DNA of 57,005 bases from an uncultured virus (IMG/VR IMGVR_UViG_3300042452_000440) (IMGVR_UViG_3300042452_000440); one strand, 5' to 3'. Numbered from the stretch's first letter, positions 29,042 to 39,383 are shown. Numbers and translations: made by a program. The notes: generated from the letters alone by a model not told the origin.

Positions 29042-29793
29042 TTTTTTAGAATAAACTCGGCAAGTTTTGTAGAGTCAACGACCATATTATCATACTGATC
29101 AATTTTAGCAACATCAATAAATCTTCTAAAAGAAATATTAAGAGCACGACATACATCGATATATTGATCACAATATTGATGTGGATTTGGTGGATAGATC
29201 TCAACCACATCAGCATTCTTATTAGCAAAAATAGTAAATGTCAACCCACCACTTTGAGGTGCGACAATTTGAGTTGCTTTTCTTACAATTTGAATTTTTT
29301 GCCTCATCGTATAGTCTTCAAAGAAAATTGGTCTAATACCAATTTTTTCTAAAGATTCAACAACTTCATTTTCATTTATAATCTGCCTACGCCTAGCATT
29401 TCCATCCTGAACATTTCCTAGAAGAAGATGTGCTCTGCCGCGACAGATATAAATTTTTTCAAATCCAGTAGTATCAAAATCATCTTCTACCCTAGAATTA
29501 AAAAGTTCTCTCAAAAAATAATAAGTACTATGATCAATAAGAGGAAGACCACTATTATTAGTAAAATCAAGAGGTTTTACTGATGGTATTAATTGCACAT
29601 CATCAGTTTTAGGAACAACATTCAAAACATCAGACAAAATTTCGAATGATTCTTTTTGATATGAGAGATAATCTTCCATATCAAAACATATGTCAATTTT
29701 ATTAGACAAATCGACATCTTTTAATGCACCAAGCATAAGAGCAATCCAATGAAATATCCATTGAGCTCCCGCTTCTTCTATTTTATAAATCAT
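29038..29793 (-). CDS. Glycosyltransferase family 61 (DUF563-like)
   Basis: FHW, KIYICR...RRQIINENEV, QKIQI...VAPQSGGLT...VVEI. Confidence 0.75.
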   Translation of the reverse strand: MIYKIEEAGAQWIFHWIALMLGALKDVDLSNKIDICFDMEDYLSYQKESFEILSDVLNVVPKTDDVQLIPSVKPLDFTNNSGLPLIDHSTYYFLRELFNSRVEDDFDTTGFEKIYICRGRAHLLLGNVQDGNARRRQIINENEVVESLEKIGIRPIFFEDYTMRQKIQIVRKATQIVAPQSGGLTFTIFANKNADVVEIYPPNPHQYCDQYIDVCRALNISFRRFIDVAKIDQYDNMVVDSTKLAEFILKK

Positions 29794-30230
29794 AAAATTG
29801 CAGTGTAATCAGTACATATGCCATATGGAGTTTCGCCATATGGTACAAAACATTCAACATCATCTTTATCAATTAATGGAATAATTGTATTTTCATCAAT
29901 TTTCATAGAAAGATCGTGTAACCATATTTTTCCAGTTGATGTATATGTAAATGGATCTCCCGTATGGCAAAAAGAATGATATGCCCAACATTCCTTTGCT
30001 GCTTCAAGATTTTTACAATGCAACCATAGATAATGTCTACGTTTATCTAACCAGTTATGGTCAACTTTATATTGAGGAAAATCATGACCCAACCACAACT
30101 CTCCATCTATTGAACGAATATCAATTTCTACATGATATCCATTTCCAATTGCACAGTCAATATAACTTGGACGATTTTCTTTATCAGGAACTGGTCCCCG
30201 AATATTACCACGATGAGAAATAATAATCAC
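29790..30230 (-). CDS. Small phosphodiesterase-like (GDPD-like) protein
   Basis: ISHRGN...EN.P, VEIDI, LGHD, HCKN, GICTD. Confidence 0.6.
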   Translation of the reverse strand: MIIISHRGNIRGPVPDKENRPSYIDCAIGNGYHVEIDIRSIDGELWLGHDFPQYKVDHNWLDKRRHYLWLHCKNLEAAKECWAYHSFCHTGDPFTYTSTGKIWLHDLSMKIDENTIIPLIDKDDVECFVPYGETPYGICTDYTAIL

Positions 30231-30538
30231 AGTTCTTCAATCCTTAACGACTTATCTTCAATGAACAAGTCATAGAATGGTTTATCTACTCTTAGTTCAT
30301 GATATTTTGCTCCCCATGCCGCAAGTTGTCTTGCAGTAAGTTCCGTCCAGTCAATTTGCTTTCTCGATCCACGAGCAGTCCAATAAACTATTGTATGACC
30401 TTCATCATAAAGTTTATTAATTTTATCTATATTTTCTTGAACGGGTTTTGCCTTTGAATAATCGTGAGTGGTCCCAAAGTCAACAGAAGTTTCGCGCTGA
30501 CAAATAGTTTCATCAATATCAACATAAATGATTTTCAT
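30227..30538 (-). CDS. HAD-superfamily phosphatase (capsule-biosynthesis type)
   Basis: VDIDETIC (DxDxT), WTARG, KP.YDLFIEDK. Confidence 0.8.
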   Translation of the reverse strand: MKIIYVDIDETICQRETSVDFGTTHDYSKAKPVQENIDKINKLYDEGHTIVYWTARGSRKQIDWTELTARQLAAWGAKYHELRVDKPFYDLFIEDKSLRIEEL

Positions 30539-31206
30539 TGATACATATTTCTCCTATAATTTTCATTTGGGCAAGTATCAACATCAGCGACTTCTTGTTC
30601 GGTCAAAAACTTAACCCCACCCAAAAGTTTTGCTCCAATAAAAATATCGGCAGACTTTTCGCACATTAAAGTGGAAGCTGCACAATCTTTCTTAGATGCA
30701 GATGCTGAAATTATACCATGATTTTGTAGGAGAATCAACTTAGGAAAATATCCCTCATCATCCACAAACTTTGAGACATGTTTATCAACTAACTTTAAAA
30801 TTGCTTCGCCAGGAGGAGCATAAGGAACCACACAAGACTTGATTCCATTCCTCACAATCTGATCGGGAAACCAACGGTGTTCTGCAAAATCATAGAGAAC
30901 AGTTGGTTCAGAACAAAGAATCTTTGTTGTATGTGGTGGATGTGTATGTGCAATAAAATTAATATCAGGAAATGTCTTCATAATCCAAGCATGGAATGAA
31001 GTTTCAATACTTGGTTTTTTATGGAGAAGTTCTATCTGAGATCCATTTGTATTGCACAAGGTCAAGTCTTCTTCTGACAATGTATGAAGACTTGTTCCAC
31101 TTGCTTTGATTAGGAATGTATTTTCATCTACTCTTACCGATACATTACCTTCACCACAGATGGTGTATTCACTAATTTCTCTTGCTAATTCTAGTATTTC
31201 AGACAT
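30535..31206 (-). CDS. Class II aldolase/adducin family protein
   Basis: EGNVSVR, KPSIETSFH, AHTHP, LQNHG. Confidence 0.88.
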   Translation of the reverse strand: MSEILELAREISEYTICGEGNVSVRVDENTFLIKASGTSLHTLSEEDLTLCNTNGSQIELLHKKPSIETSFHAWIMKTFPDINFIAHTHPPHTTKILCSEPTVLYDFAEHRWFPDQIVRNGIKSCVVPYAPPGEAILKLVDKHVSKFVDDEGYFPKLILLQNHGIISASASKKDCAASTLMCEKSADIFIGAKLLGGVKFLTEQEVADVDTCPNENYRRNMYQ

Positions 31207-32302
31207 CTTTAAGGAATAATGCTAGTTTATTTAGATTTACCTTCCAAGGAGAGTTTAGACCGCCAGAGATAGAAAGAGCACCATCACTTTCTACACTTTC
31301 TTCTACTTTTTCTACAAACTCCGTATCATTAAAGTGATGAAGTTGAGTATGTGACATTGAATATTCGAATCGTGTATTAACATCAAAGAACAAAGGACTA
31401 TTAATAGAAATAACTTTTGTTTCTGGTGGTGAGAAGATTACATTACACATACCACCACCAATTGGTCCAGCAACATACTTAGCAGAGTTAAATAAACCAA
31501 TCTTCTCTTTCATCGTCATATTTTCACAGAAGACTTCTTCATATCCATGAGACTTGAAAAGTTCTGCTACTTCATCCTCATTCACACAACGACGACGCTC
31601 AGTATAGTTGGTTCCAATATTATCGAAATTATTATGCAACCAAGTGCGCCGTGAAATATAAATCTTTTCTGGTCCCTGACATTCTCCCTTCATACGATTG
31701 ATAATATCAAATACACCAGAATGTGGTGGAGTATTTGAAAGACCGTTATGAGTCAATGAAGAAGACACTACAACAGTATTATAAAGAGTCTCTGAGTTCA
31801 GAAATACAACATCTTTTCTTCTAATGCCAAGAAGTTCCAAACATTCCCATACAAATGGGTATAAATCATCTTTACCTTCTGGTGAACTTACAAGGAGTTT
31901 AAGATCTGGATGAATCTCTTTCTCATTGAAGTAAGAGTAGAGATAAGGCAACGTATCGTAGATAAAATGATAGTAGTTCGCCATATTATATACAAAGTAA
32001 AATACAGGAACTGAGCAGAAGTTCTTAAAATGAAAAGGAAGTTCTACTTCATACTCCATTGTTTCTTCATAAACTGTTCCTCTTCCAAGAGACATAAACA
32101 TTTCTTTGGTTGGAAGAGTCAGTCGATGAGTTTGATGTGAATAGATCAGTGGTTGTGGGTAATGTTTAGATAGACCTACAAATTGGCAAGAAAAGAAATA
32201 CGCTACTTCTATATCTCTACCATTTTCATCCTTTTCTTTTATAAGTCTTGTTCTTCCAGAATTCCAGTATTCAATTGGTAAAATAGTCTTTTGAGTATTC
32301 AT
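31199..32302 (-). CDS. Glycosyltransferase family 61 (DUF563-like)
   Basis: NYYHFIYDTLP, KIYISRR...RRCVNEDEV, GPIGGGMCN; start uncertain (32302 or 32317). Confidence 0.75.
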   Translation of the reverse strand: MNTQKTILPIEYWNSGRTRLIKEKDENGRDIEVAYFFSCQFVGLSKHYPQPLIYSHQTHRLTLPTKEMFMSLGRGTVYEETMEYEVELPFHFKNFCSVPVFYFVYNMANYYHFIYDTLPYLYSYFNEKEIHPDLKLLVSSPEGKDDLYPFVWECLELLGIRRKDVVFLNSETLYNTVVVSSSLTHNGLSNTPPHSGVFDIINRMKGECQGPEKIYISRRTWLHNNFDNIGTNYTERRRCVNEDEVAELFKSHGYEEVFCENMTMKEKIGLFNSAKYVAGPIGGGMCNVIFSPPETKVISINSPLFFDVNTRFEYSMSHTQLHHFNDTEFVEKVEESVESDGALSISGGLNSPWKVNLNKLALFLKDV

Positions 32303-33824
32303 AAGGATGCCATTCAACTTTATTAAAAAATCTTTGCCAATATTGATATGTTTTTAAATCGTTAGGTGTACCCCAACAAATGTAGTTATCAATCTCAAAA
32401 TTCTTTACTTTGTATCCCAACTCTATTGCCTCGTTGAGCATACTATCTACATAAAACTCACCATTAGTTCTGCTATCATTATCATATAGAGATTTTAAAG
32501 AACGGAAAAAGATTTCCCTTGAACGGAAAAACATAGTTCCAGTGATAGCAAACTCGTTTACAGGATCAGTTCCAGTAAACTTTTTAACATCGACACGACT
32601 TACATTTCCATCTTCATCACATTTAACCCAAGAATATGCTTCTGGTTGCAAATGACTAGTATAGTTATTTCTATAAGTCCATACTATTATATCATTTTCT
32701 TCATCATTTACCAAATCTAAAAACTTATCAGCATCGTAAAATACTCCATTATCACAAGCAGAAATCAAAATAGAAGAATCTGGATCAATCACATTGACGA
32801 TTCTTTCAGTAGTACATGCTTGTCCTTCAAGAACATCATCAATCCAAATAGTATTTTGACCAGGAGACTGATGACCTTTTAAGCAAGCATAAATGACATC
32901 ATCAGTTTTTGGTAGGCAGCGAACTGCCTGATCTACCATATTTTTACCATTGACTTGAATGAATGGTTTGGGTGCATCATAACCTTCTTTTGAGAAACGA
33001 CTTCCAGCACCTGCCATTGGAAGAGCAAGAATACAGTTTTCAAGTCTAACTTCTTTCTGACCTTCTAATGCTTTACGATAATAGTTTGACCAACTATTAT
33101 AAACATCAAGATCAAATGGAGTTCCCCATTGAAGCATATAAGGAACTTCATAAACTTGGTTATTCAAACCATCACGAATGAGAAGGTTATATACAAGACT
33201 TACATAATACTCACCATTGATGTTAATATCTTCATCAATCAACTGTTTAAAGTATTTTTTAACGTAACTTCCTTTTCTAAAATAATAATTTCCAGCAGAA
33301 GCAAACTCAGACATTTTATCGTCTGTAAATGGTTGCTTCTCACGAACTTCTAGGATTCTATTACTCTCATCAGTTTTGCAGAAAGCATAGTTATCACTTC
33401 CCAACATATGTGGATGAAAACCAGTATAGCATATTACGCATCCATCACACTCCGTCGCATCAACAAAACCCTTAAAATGACGATAATCCCAATAGATTGA
33501 AAAATCACAATAGTTGATAATGACTTCTTCATCATCATCGATTAAATTTTCAAACTCAGAAACAGAAAATACTGGACCCCTTTTATGTCTAGGGATAGTG
33601 ACTATTTCTTTTTGCTCTACAAGTTTATCTAATACATCTACAATATTGGTTTCTTCCTTATGCTTATCATTGATAATAAAAACAAATTTACTATCTTCCG
33701 GATAAAGATTGACGATATGTTCTATAACCTTTCTTCCATCAACTTCAATAAGATATTTTGGAATATCATATCCAGCAGCAACAAATCTGCTGCTCATGCC
33801 AGACATCGGAATAACAACTTTCAT
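32271..33824 (-). CDS. Tandem two-domain sugar nucleotidyltransferase-like protein
   Basis: Two NTP-transferase starts (IPMSGMSSRF...PKYLI; LPMAGAGSRF...PKPFI), each ending NGE(Y/F)YV...WGTP.DL. Confidence 0.82.
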   Translation of the reverse strand: MKVVIPMSGMSSRFVAAGYDIPKYLIEVDGRKVIEHIVNLYPEDSKFVFIINDKHKEETNIVDVLDKLVEQKEIVTIPRHKRGPVFSVSEFENLIDDDEEVIINYCDFSIYWDYRHFKGFVDATECDGCVICYTGFHPHMLGSDNYAFCKTDESNRILEVREKQPFTDDKMSEFASAGNYYFRKGSYVKKYFKQLIDEDININGEYYVSLVYNLLIRDGLNNQVYEVPYMLQWGTPFDLDVYNSWSNYYRKALEGQKEVRLENCILALPMAGAGSRFSKEGYDAPKPFIQVNGKNMVDQAVRCLPKTDDVIYACLKGHQSPGQNTIWIDDVLEGQACTTERIVNVIDPDSSILISACDNGVFYDADKFLDLVNDEENDIIVWTYRNNYTSHLQPEAYSWVKCDEDGNVSRVDVKKFTGTDPVNEFAITGTMFFRSREIFFRSLKSLYDNDSRTNGEFYVDSMLNEAIELGYKVKNFEIDNYICWGTPNDLKTYQYWQRFFNKVEWHPYEYSKDYFTN

Positions 33825-33845
33825 AAGAAAAAACTTTTAAAATAT

Positions 33846-34547
33846 TTATTGATGCCTGGAAGAATCTAGTATATAAGGTTGCTGAAAGTAGTTAATGGTT
33901 AATTGTTTATCATAAGCATTTTGAGTTACAGATGGTTCAAAACTACATTGATATCTTCCATCAAATAATTCTACCATTTCCATACAAAAATTATGAGTAT
34001 CCGTATATGCCCTCATTGATTCTCGGTTTCCATACACAGTTGCATCAGAAACCCATGAAACTAATTCACCATATCCCAATGGATTTCGGGTTAGAACTGG
34101 TACAGTATAATTACACCAAGGAACAACAGAAAATATTTCATATTCTTCACTTTTTTTAACATTAGGTAAACTTGAAGTTATAATATCAGATCTATATTTA
34201 AGATAAGCATCATATTCAAACATATTTTCATCAGCATATTCAGTAGCCATATCAAATGCTTTCCTATCATTGAAAAACATAGACATAGGATTGTAAGGTT
34301 TTGGTTCTGGACTATTTGTATTCATGTTAATAAAAATTTCCATAAACCTTTGTGGAAATGAATATGGAGAAACATATAATCCCTTTAACCAGGGAGATAG
34401 ATTTTTTCTAACACTATCATAGTATTCACATTCAACATCATTAATTGATGCAAAAAGATCGACATTATATTTCGCATTTTGCAGCAAAGGTAAGAGACAC
34501 GACTCATAGCACTTAATGCGCCCAGAAATTAAAAGTGCAATTCTCAT
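33846..34547 (-). CDS. Putative glycosyltransferase/hypothetical protein
   Basis: MRIALLISGRI..., YDAYLKYRSD motif common in phage glycan islands. Confidence 0.55.
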   Translation of the reverse strand: MRIALLISGRIKCYESCLLPLLQNAKYNVDLFASINDVECEYYDSVRKNLSPWLKGLYVSPYSFPQRFMEIFINMNTNSPEPKPYNPMSMFFNDRKAFDMATEYADENMFEYDAYLKYRSDIITSSLPNVKKSEEYEIFSVVPWCNYTVPVLTRNPLGYGELVSWVSDATVYGNRESMRAYTDTHNFCMEMVELFDGRYQCSFEPSVTQNAYDKQLTINYFQQPYILDSSRHQ

Positions 34548-35344
34548 ATTACAATCCATCCTGGAATATATAGATCGCTAATATCTTTGGAAGCATCTGG
34601 TCCAGCAAACCAAATACTAGGAGCAACTGTTTTTTTACTTTTTGCTAACCAAGCGCCCCACCAAGAGAATGAGGAGTTTGCAATGATATGATAAGTACAA
34701 AGAGATTGAAGACAAAGATCAACGCCAGTACTATTTCCTTCTGCAAAAATAAAACGATCTCCCTGAAAAACTTCTTGTTCTTTACACCACTCAATCCCAT
34801 CAGAAAAAATCATAACTGGAATGTCTTCTGGCATATGGGACAATCCCTGAGCATAATACTCTAACGTTTGTACTGGGTGATGTGGATATTGCAGATAATC
34901 TCCCCTACGAAGATGAATTGCAATTACTTCTTCATTACCAAAATTTGATTTAAATGCTTCTTCTGTTGGTTCACGAATTTCATCGGCAAAAGTAAATGCC
35001 TCACGAATTTGCTTTTCAATATGTTTGAAATACTTCTCAGTCTGAAAATATCCATAGAGACTGATATTATCAGGACATCTTTCCCAGAGATTTTGATCTA
35101 ATCCAAAATTTGCTTCCATTACTTTTGGAAAATTAGTCACATATTTTGGTGCTTCGGGAATCTTAAAGCACTCAAACATTGTAATATCCGAGTTTACACA
35201 ATTAATATCTCTTGTCGCAACAACTGCTCTTGGTGGCAAGCAATACTCATATCCATGTCTTTGAGCAAGACCACGAAGAGCAGTATATTGAAACATCTGG
35301 TTACCAAGTCTTCCCAGATTTCCTAGATCATCATTTGCAAGCAT
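34544..35344 (-). CDS. Alpha-1,2-fucosyltransferase (GT11)
   Basis: GRLGNQMFQY, GYFQTEKYF, HLRRGDY, IANSSFSWWGAWL. Confidence 0.93.
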   Translation of the reverse strand: MLANDDLGNLGRLGNQMFQYTALRGLAQRHGYEYCLPPRAVVATRDINCVNSDITMFECFKIPEAPKYVTNFPKVMEANFGLDQNLWERCPDNISLYGYFQTEKYFKHIEKQIREAFTFADEIREPTEEAFKSNFGNEEVIAIHLRRGDYLQYPHHPVQTLEYYAQGLSHMPEDIPVMIFSDGIEWCKEQEVFQGDRFIFAEGNSTGVDLCLQSLCTYHIIANSSFSWWGAWLAKSKKTVAPSIWFAGPDASKDISDLYIPGWIVI

Positions 35345-36266
35345 AATCTTTGTACCATTCGTAAGTTGATTTAATACCTTCTTTTAATGAAATTTTTGGT
35401 TCCCAACCAAGTGCCTTGATTTTATCTACATTCAAAACTTTGCGCGGAGTACCATTTGGTTTTGTAGTATCCCAATTAATATAACGATCATAACCAACAA
35501 CATCAGCGATAGTTTCAGCAAGTTCTTTGATCGTTACATCTTCACCAGTACCAACATTAATGTGTTCAGATTCATTATAGTCTCTCATGCAAATAAAACA
35601 CGCTTCTGCAAGATCATCAACGTGCAGAAATTCTCTCATTGCAGAACCATCACCCCAGAGTTTCACTTCCCAATGTCTACTATGATTGAGAGCAGTATGA
35701 AACTTAGCAATCATTGCAGGAAGAACGTGTGATGTTTCCAAATCAAAATTATCATTAGGACCATAAAGATTTGTGGGCATCAAAGAGATAGCATTAAATC
35801 CATACTGCTTTCGATATGCCTGACACATCTTAATGCCAGCAATTTTAGCAATCGCATAAGCATCATTTGTTGGTTCAAGAGCACCAGTCATCAATTGGTC
35901 TTCTGTGATTGGTTGAGTTGCAAACTTAGGATAGATACAGGATGAACCAAGAAACAAAAGTTTCTTTACACCAAACTTTCTAGCAGCATCGATGATGTTT
36001 GTTTGAATCATCAAGTTATCATAGATGAAGTGTGCTGGATAGTCATTGTTTGCACCAATACCACCAACTTTTGCTGCTGCAAGATAGACATACTCTGGTT
36101 CATTTACTCTAAAAAATCTCTCAACATCTTCTTGCCTTCTCAAATCCCAATGAGAAGATGGTGTTGAAATAATATTCGTATATCCCTTCATATGAAGCAT
36201 ACGAACAATTGCAGAACCGACTAATCCTGTATTTCCAGCAACATAAACACGACTTTCACTGTCCAT
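35331..36266 (-). CDS. fcl: GDP-L-fucose synthase
   Basis: [50 protein letters not shown]. Confidence 0.96.
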   Translation of the reverse strand: MDSESRVYVAGNTGLVGSAIVRMLHMKGYTNIISTPSSHWDLRRQEDVERFFRVNEPEYVYLAAAKVGGIGANNDYPAHFIYDNLMIQTNIIDAARKFGVKKLLFLGSSCIYPKFATQPITEDQLMTGALEPTNDAYAIAKIAGIKMCQAYRKQYGFNAISLMPTNLYGPNDNFDLETSHVLPAMIAKFHTALNHSRHWEVKLWGDGSAMREFLHVDDLAEACFICMRDYNESEHINVGTGEDVTIKELAETIADVVGYDRYINWDTTKPNGTPRKVLNVDKIKALGWEPKISLKEGIKSTYEWYKDYACK

Positions 36267-37257
36267 AAATGCACATATCCTCAACAAGTTGTTTAAAAGA
36301 AATTTTAGGTTCCCAACCTAGATTTTCCTTTGCCTTAGTGGCATCACCTAATAAAGTCTCTACTTCAGCAGGTCGAAAATATTTAGGATTAACCTTAATG
36401 ACCGTTCTACCAGTAGTCTTATCAATACCTACTTCATCAAGTCCTTCACCTTCCCAAACAATATTCATACCAAAATAAGGTGCCGATTCTTCTACAAACT
36501 CCTTTACAGAATACTGAACACCAGTAGCAATCACATAATCTTCTGGTTCATCTTGTTGGAGCATCAACCACATTGCCTCCACAAAGTCCTTTGCGTGTCC
36601 CCAGTCACGTTTTGCATTTAGATTACCAAGTTCAAGAACATCTTGAAGACCAGAAGAAATTTTAGAAAGTCCACGAGTAATCTTACGAGTCACGAAAGTT
36701 TCACCACGCCTAGGAGATTCGTGATTGAACAGAATGCCAGTACAAGCATACATTCCATATGCCTCACGATAGTTCTTTGTAATCCAGTACCCATAAAGCT
36801 TCGCCACACCATAGGGAGAACGGGGGTAGAAGGGTGTGGTCTCCTTCTGTGGGGTTTCCTGAACTAGTCCGTAGAGTTCGCTAGTAGATGCCTGATAGAT
36901 CCGCACACGGTCTTCCATGCCCAGAAGACGCACTGCTTCAAGGATACGTAGAGTTCCCACACCATCGACATCAGCAGTGTATTCAGGCATCTCAAAGGAT
37001 ACTTTGACATGGCTCTGAGCACCAAGATTGTAAATTTCATCTGGTTGGACTTTTTGTATGACTCTTACTATATTAGTAGAATCTGTTAAGTCTCCGTAAT
37101 GTAACTTAACATTTTGATACAAATGATCAATTCGATGGGTATTGATTAGAGAAGACCTTCTTACAATACCATGAACTTGATAACCCTTTTCCAAAAGAAG
37201 TTCGGCAAGATAAGATCCATCTTGTCCTGTAATACCAGTAATTAAAGCAACTTTCAT
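36256..37257 (-). CDS. gmd: GDP-mannose 4,6-dehydratase
   Basis: [50 protein letters not shown]. Confidence 0.98.
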   Translation of the reverse strand: MKVALITGITGQDGSYLAELLLEKGYQVHGIVRRSSLINTHRIDHLYQNVKLHYGDLTDSTNIVRVIQKVQPDEIYNLGAQSHVKVSFEMPEYTADVDGVGTLRILEAVRLLGMEDRVRIYQASTSELYGLVQETPQKETTPFYPRSPYGVAKLYGYWITKNYREAYGMYACTGILFNHESPRRGETFVTRKITRGLSKISSGLQDVLELGNLNAKRDWGHAKDFVEAMWLMLQQDEPEDYVIATGVQYSVKEFVEESAPYFGMNIVWEGEGLDEVGIDKTTGRTVIKVNPKYFRPAEVETLLGDATKAKENLGWEPKISFKQLVEDMCIYGQ

Positions 37258-37277
37258 ATAATAAAGTCTTTCGTATC

Positions 37278-37313
37278 ATTATACTAAAAAAGGAGAGTTT
37301 ATGCAACTCTCCC
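37278..37313 (-). terminator. Terminator overlapping a sigma70 promoter (TTGCAT-N17-TATAAT) for the gmd operon
   Basis: GGAGAGTT-GCATA-AACTCTCC-T6; -35 37301-37306, -10 37278-37283. Confidence 0.65.
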
Positions 37314-37315
37314 AT

Positions 37316-37425
37316 TAGGTCTTTCATGCACGCCACCAATTCTTTGACTGGAAATTGGAAACCAGGCGGGAGTTATAAACCCCATCCGCACCAGTCGGCA
37401 TATTTAACGTCCATCCGACGAGGAC
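37316..37425 (-). ncRNA. Structured RNA upstream of gmd/fcl, probably the wcaG RNA motif
   Basis: GTCGG/CCGAC and CCAATT/AATTGG stems, CTGG/CCAG pseudoknot potential, repeated TGGYG; position upstream of gmd-fcl; family name from recall. Confidence 0.6.
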
Positions 37426-37433
37426 AATTAAAT

Positions 37434-37958
37434 TTAAATTTTATCTGGAGGCATACTCGAAAAAAATGTAAGTGTCATCCTACTATTTTCTTTTGTATTT
37501 CCAAATAAATCTGTTGGTCCATGCATATTTCTTGCATTGTAGAAAATCATCCTATTAAAAACATTTTCAACAGAAAACAAAAAATTGCGGGCATCATCAT
37601 AAAAGGAAGTTCCAGAATTAGAAGTAGGATTTGGTGTTAGGTATACTAAACCAGCATACTCACAAAAGTCAGGATGAACTTTCCATTCATGAAAATCATA
37701 TGGACACGTCCATTTATTTTTTTCTAGTGAATATCTAAAAACAAAATAAAATTTTTCTATTTCCCTAGACTCAGTAACATGATTATGAATCATGCTAGTA
37801 AACTCTCTTGAAAGATTTTCATCAGTTATATGATGAGTATATCCAAGAAATGGATCTTCAAAATATTCAGATTCAAGAGATATGTCCCTTATATTATTTG
37901 GACATTCAAAAAAATTTTCTACTATTTTAACGTTCATATGGGTCATTGACTCCACCAC
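37434..37958 (-). CDS. 2OG-Fe(II) oxygenase-like protein
   Basis: VHPD...YAGLVYLTP...SGTSFY...NVFNRMIFY...HG...RMTLTFF; start uncertain. Confidence 0.72.
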   Translation of the reverse strand: MVESMTHMNVKIVENFFECPNNIRDISLESEYFEDPFLGYTHHITDENLSREFTSMIHNHVTESREIEKFYFVFRYSLEKNKWTCPYDFHEWKVHPDFCEYAGLVYLTPNPTSNSGTSFYDDARNFLFSVENVFNRMIFYNARNMHGPTDLFGNTKENSRMTLTFFSSMPPDKI

Positions 37959-37964
37959 TTGGTT

Positions 37965-38192
37965 TTAAGAAACCAAGAAAAGTTGGGTTAACTTTGATAT
38001 TTCGGTAATACCAAAGAATGCTATCAGAAACAGCACATCCCAAAGTTTAAGTTTGATTGCAAAAGGAATACCAAGTAGTCCTCCGATAAACTTAATGATT
38101 AAACCGTTTTTAAAATCTCCCCATAACATGATTTGATAACCAAGTAAGAGGAGAAAGTTCCCAAGATACCTTAGGATACTTATTTTAGACAT
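37965..38192 (-). CDS. Small membrane protein
   Basis: 75 aa with three hydrophobic segments. Confidence 0.6.
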   Translation of the reverse strand: MSKISILRYLGNFLLLLGYQIMLWGDFKNGLIIKFIGGLLGIPFAIKLKLWDVLFLIAFFGITEISKLTQLFLVS

Positions 38193-38218
38193 AAGGGGTT
38201 TGCTCCCGACCAGTGCTT

Positions 38219-38470
38219 TTAAAGACTCTCCGTGTCTTCATCATCTCTAACATAACAAGGAACTCTGTCTGGATCTAACCATTTCGCATACTCAATATCC
38301 TCCATTGCAGTAGAACATTGTAGAACATTATCAAAAAGATAAATGTCATTCCAGCGTTTGGTATAATAATTTTGCTTTTGCAAACGATAATCGGGTTTAC
38401 CGTTTATCTCAAGAATACCCGCTTCAATAAAGCGGTATCCTTCACGTTCCAGAAGAACTTTGGTTTTCAT
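38219..38470 (-). CDS. Conserved cyanophage-type hypothetical protein
   Basis: GILEINGKPDYRLQK...YLFDN..QC..AMED.EYAKWL. Confidence 0.7.
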   Translation of the reverse strand: MKTKVLLEREGYRFIEAGILEINGKPDYRLQKQNYYTKRWNDIYLFDNVLQCSTAMEDIEYAKWLDPDRVPCYVRDDEDTESL

Positions 38471-38471
38471 A

Positions 38472-38603
38472 TCAATTCAAGTAGATATAATCTGGATGTT
38501 GCACTTTAAATGAATTAACTTGCTCTTCATTTTTAAAAAACTTACGAAGAACAGTATTTTGATGTTCTTTGAACAGATACTTTACTTCAATTAGTTTTTC
38601 CAT
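38472..38603 (-). CDS. Small hypothetical protein (43 aa)
   Basis: Hand-translated MEKLIEVKYLFKEHQ...HPDYIYLN; fills the gap, TGATG-coupled. Confidence 0.5.
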   Translation of the reverse strand: MEKLIEVKYLFKEHQNTVLRKFFKNEEQVNSFKVQHPDYIYLN

Positions 38604-38818
38604 CACGCAACCTCAATAGATTCAAGATCTTGATCGATGTACTCCATAAGCATTTCGTAATCATCAAGGGGGTCACCAGAAAATACGACGCCTTCGTTTT
38701 CATAAAAGCGACGAACCTTTTTATAAAGTTTCGGATTCTTTACATCAAGGTAGATTTCCCCGTTAGCAGCAAGACGAAGAGTGCTAACATCTTTCTTGAA
38801 TTTTTGGATCAGAGACAT
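38603..38818 (-). CDS. Hypothetical protein (71 aa)
   Basis: MSLIQKFKKDV...; start trimmed to lie downstream of the 38841-38869 promoter. Confidence 0.7.
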   Translation of the reverse strand: MSLIQKFKKDVSTLRLAANGEIYLDVKNPKLYKKVRRFYENEGVVFSGDPLDDYEMLMEYIDQDLESIEVA

Positions 38819-38840
38819 TGTTTTGTTTGTTGACCTAGTT

Positions 38841-38891
38841 ATTATAAGGTGTTTAGACTTGTGTGTCAAGTGTGCCAGTGAAGTAACTGGC
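38841..38891 (-). promoter_or_regulatory. Consensus sigma70 early promoter with upstream inverted-repeat motif
   Basis: TTGACA (38864-38869)-N17-TATAAT (38841-38846), preceded by GCCAGTTACTTCACTGGCAC. Confidence 0.85.
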
Positions 38892-38894
38892 GAG

Positions 38895-38969
38895 TCGGGG
38901 TGACAGAATTCGAATCTGCGACTTCCGCTTCCCAAAAGCGGCGCTCTATCCAAGCTGAGCTACACCCCG
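38895..38969 (-). tRNA. tRNA-Pro(TGG)
   Basis: Cloverleaf CGGGGTG...CCGCT-TTTGGGA-AGCGG...CACCCCGA. Confidence 0.92.
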
Positions 38970-39009
38970 TTGCGTTGAGTAGTCTTGCTTCTCAACAGAA
39001 CTAATTATA

Positions 39010-39162
39010 CTACTTCTTGTACCCTTTGTCAAATGGTGCCCAGTGCTGCCAGTTGTATTTATGAATTGCCCAGATACCCATAATAGGAAGCACAATCAAA
39101 ATATATCCAAGAAATCCAAGAGTATAGGGGTTTTCAAGAACCCATCGTGCAAAGTGTCCCAT
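39010..39162 (-). CDS. Small membrane protein (50 aa)
   Basis: Hand-translated MGHFARWVLENPYTLGFLGYILIVLPIMGIWAIHKYNWQHWAPFDKGYKK. Confidence 0.55.
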   Translation of the reverse strand: MGHFARWVLENPYTLGFLGYILIVLPIMGIWAIHKYNWQHWAPFDKGYKK

Positions 39163-39383
39163 CAATATCCCCTCCAAGTTTTAAATTCATAATAAAAATA
39201 TTGATCCAGTATCCTATCATCCAATGGGGCATTTTCAGTTCTATGAGCCCATACCTCACAGAATTCTAAGATACGACGATCGTGTAATGAACTATGCCCC
39301 CACATTCTTACAAATGCCGATACTGCAAAGTGATACCGCTGTCTAATGTGCGGTTCCGTTTCCTTTATACTTTTCGGTATCAT
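39162..39383 (-). CDS. Hypothetical protein
   Basis: ORF track 73 aa; 5' end overlaps the ndhP-like gene, so start is uncertain. Confidence 0.5.
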   Translation of the reverse strand: MIPKSIKETEPHIRQRYHFAVSAFVRMWGHSSLHDRRILEFCEVWAHRTENAPLDDRILDQYFYYEFKTWRGY

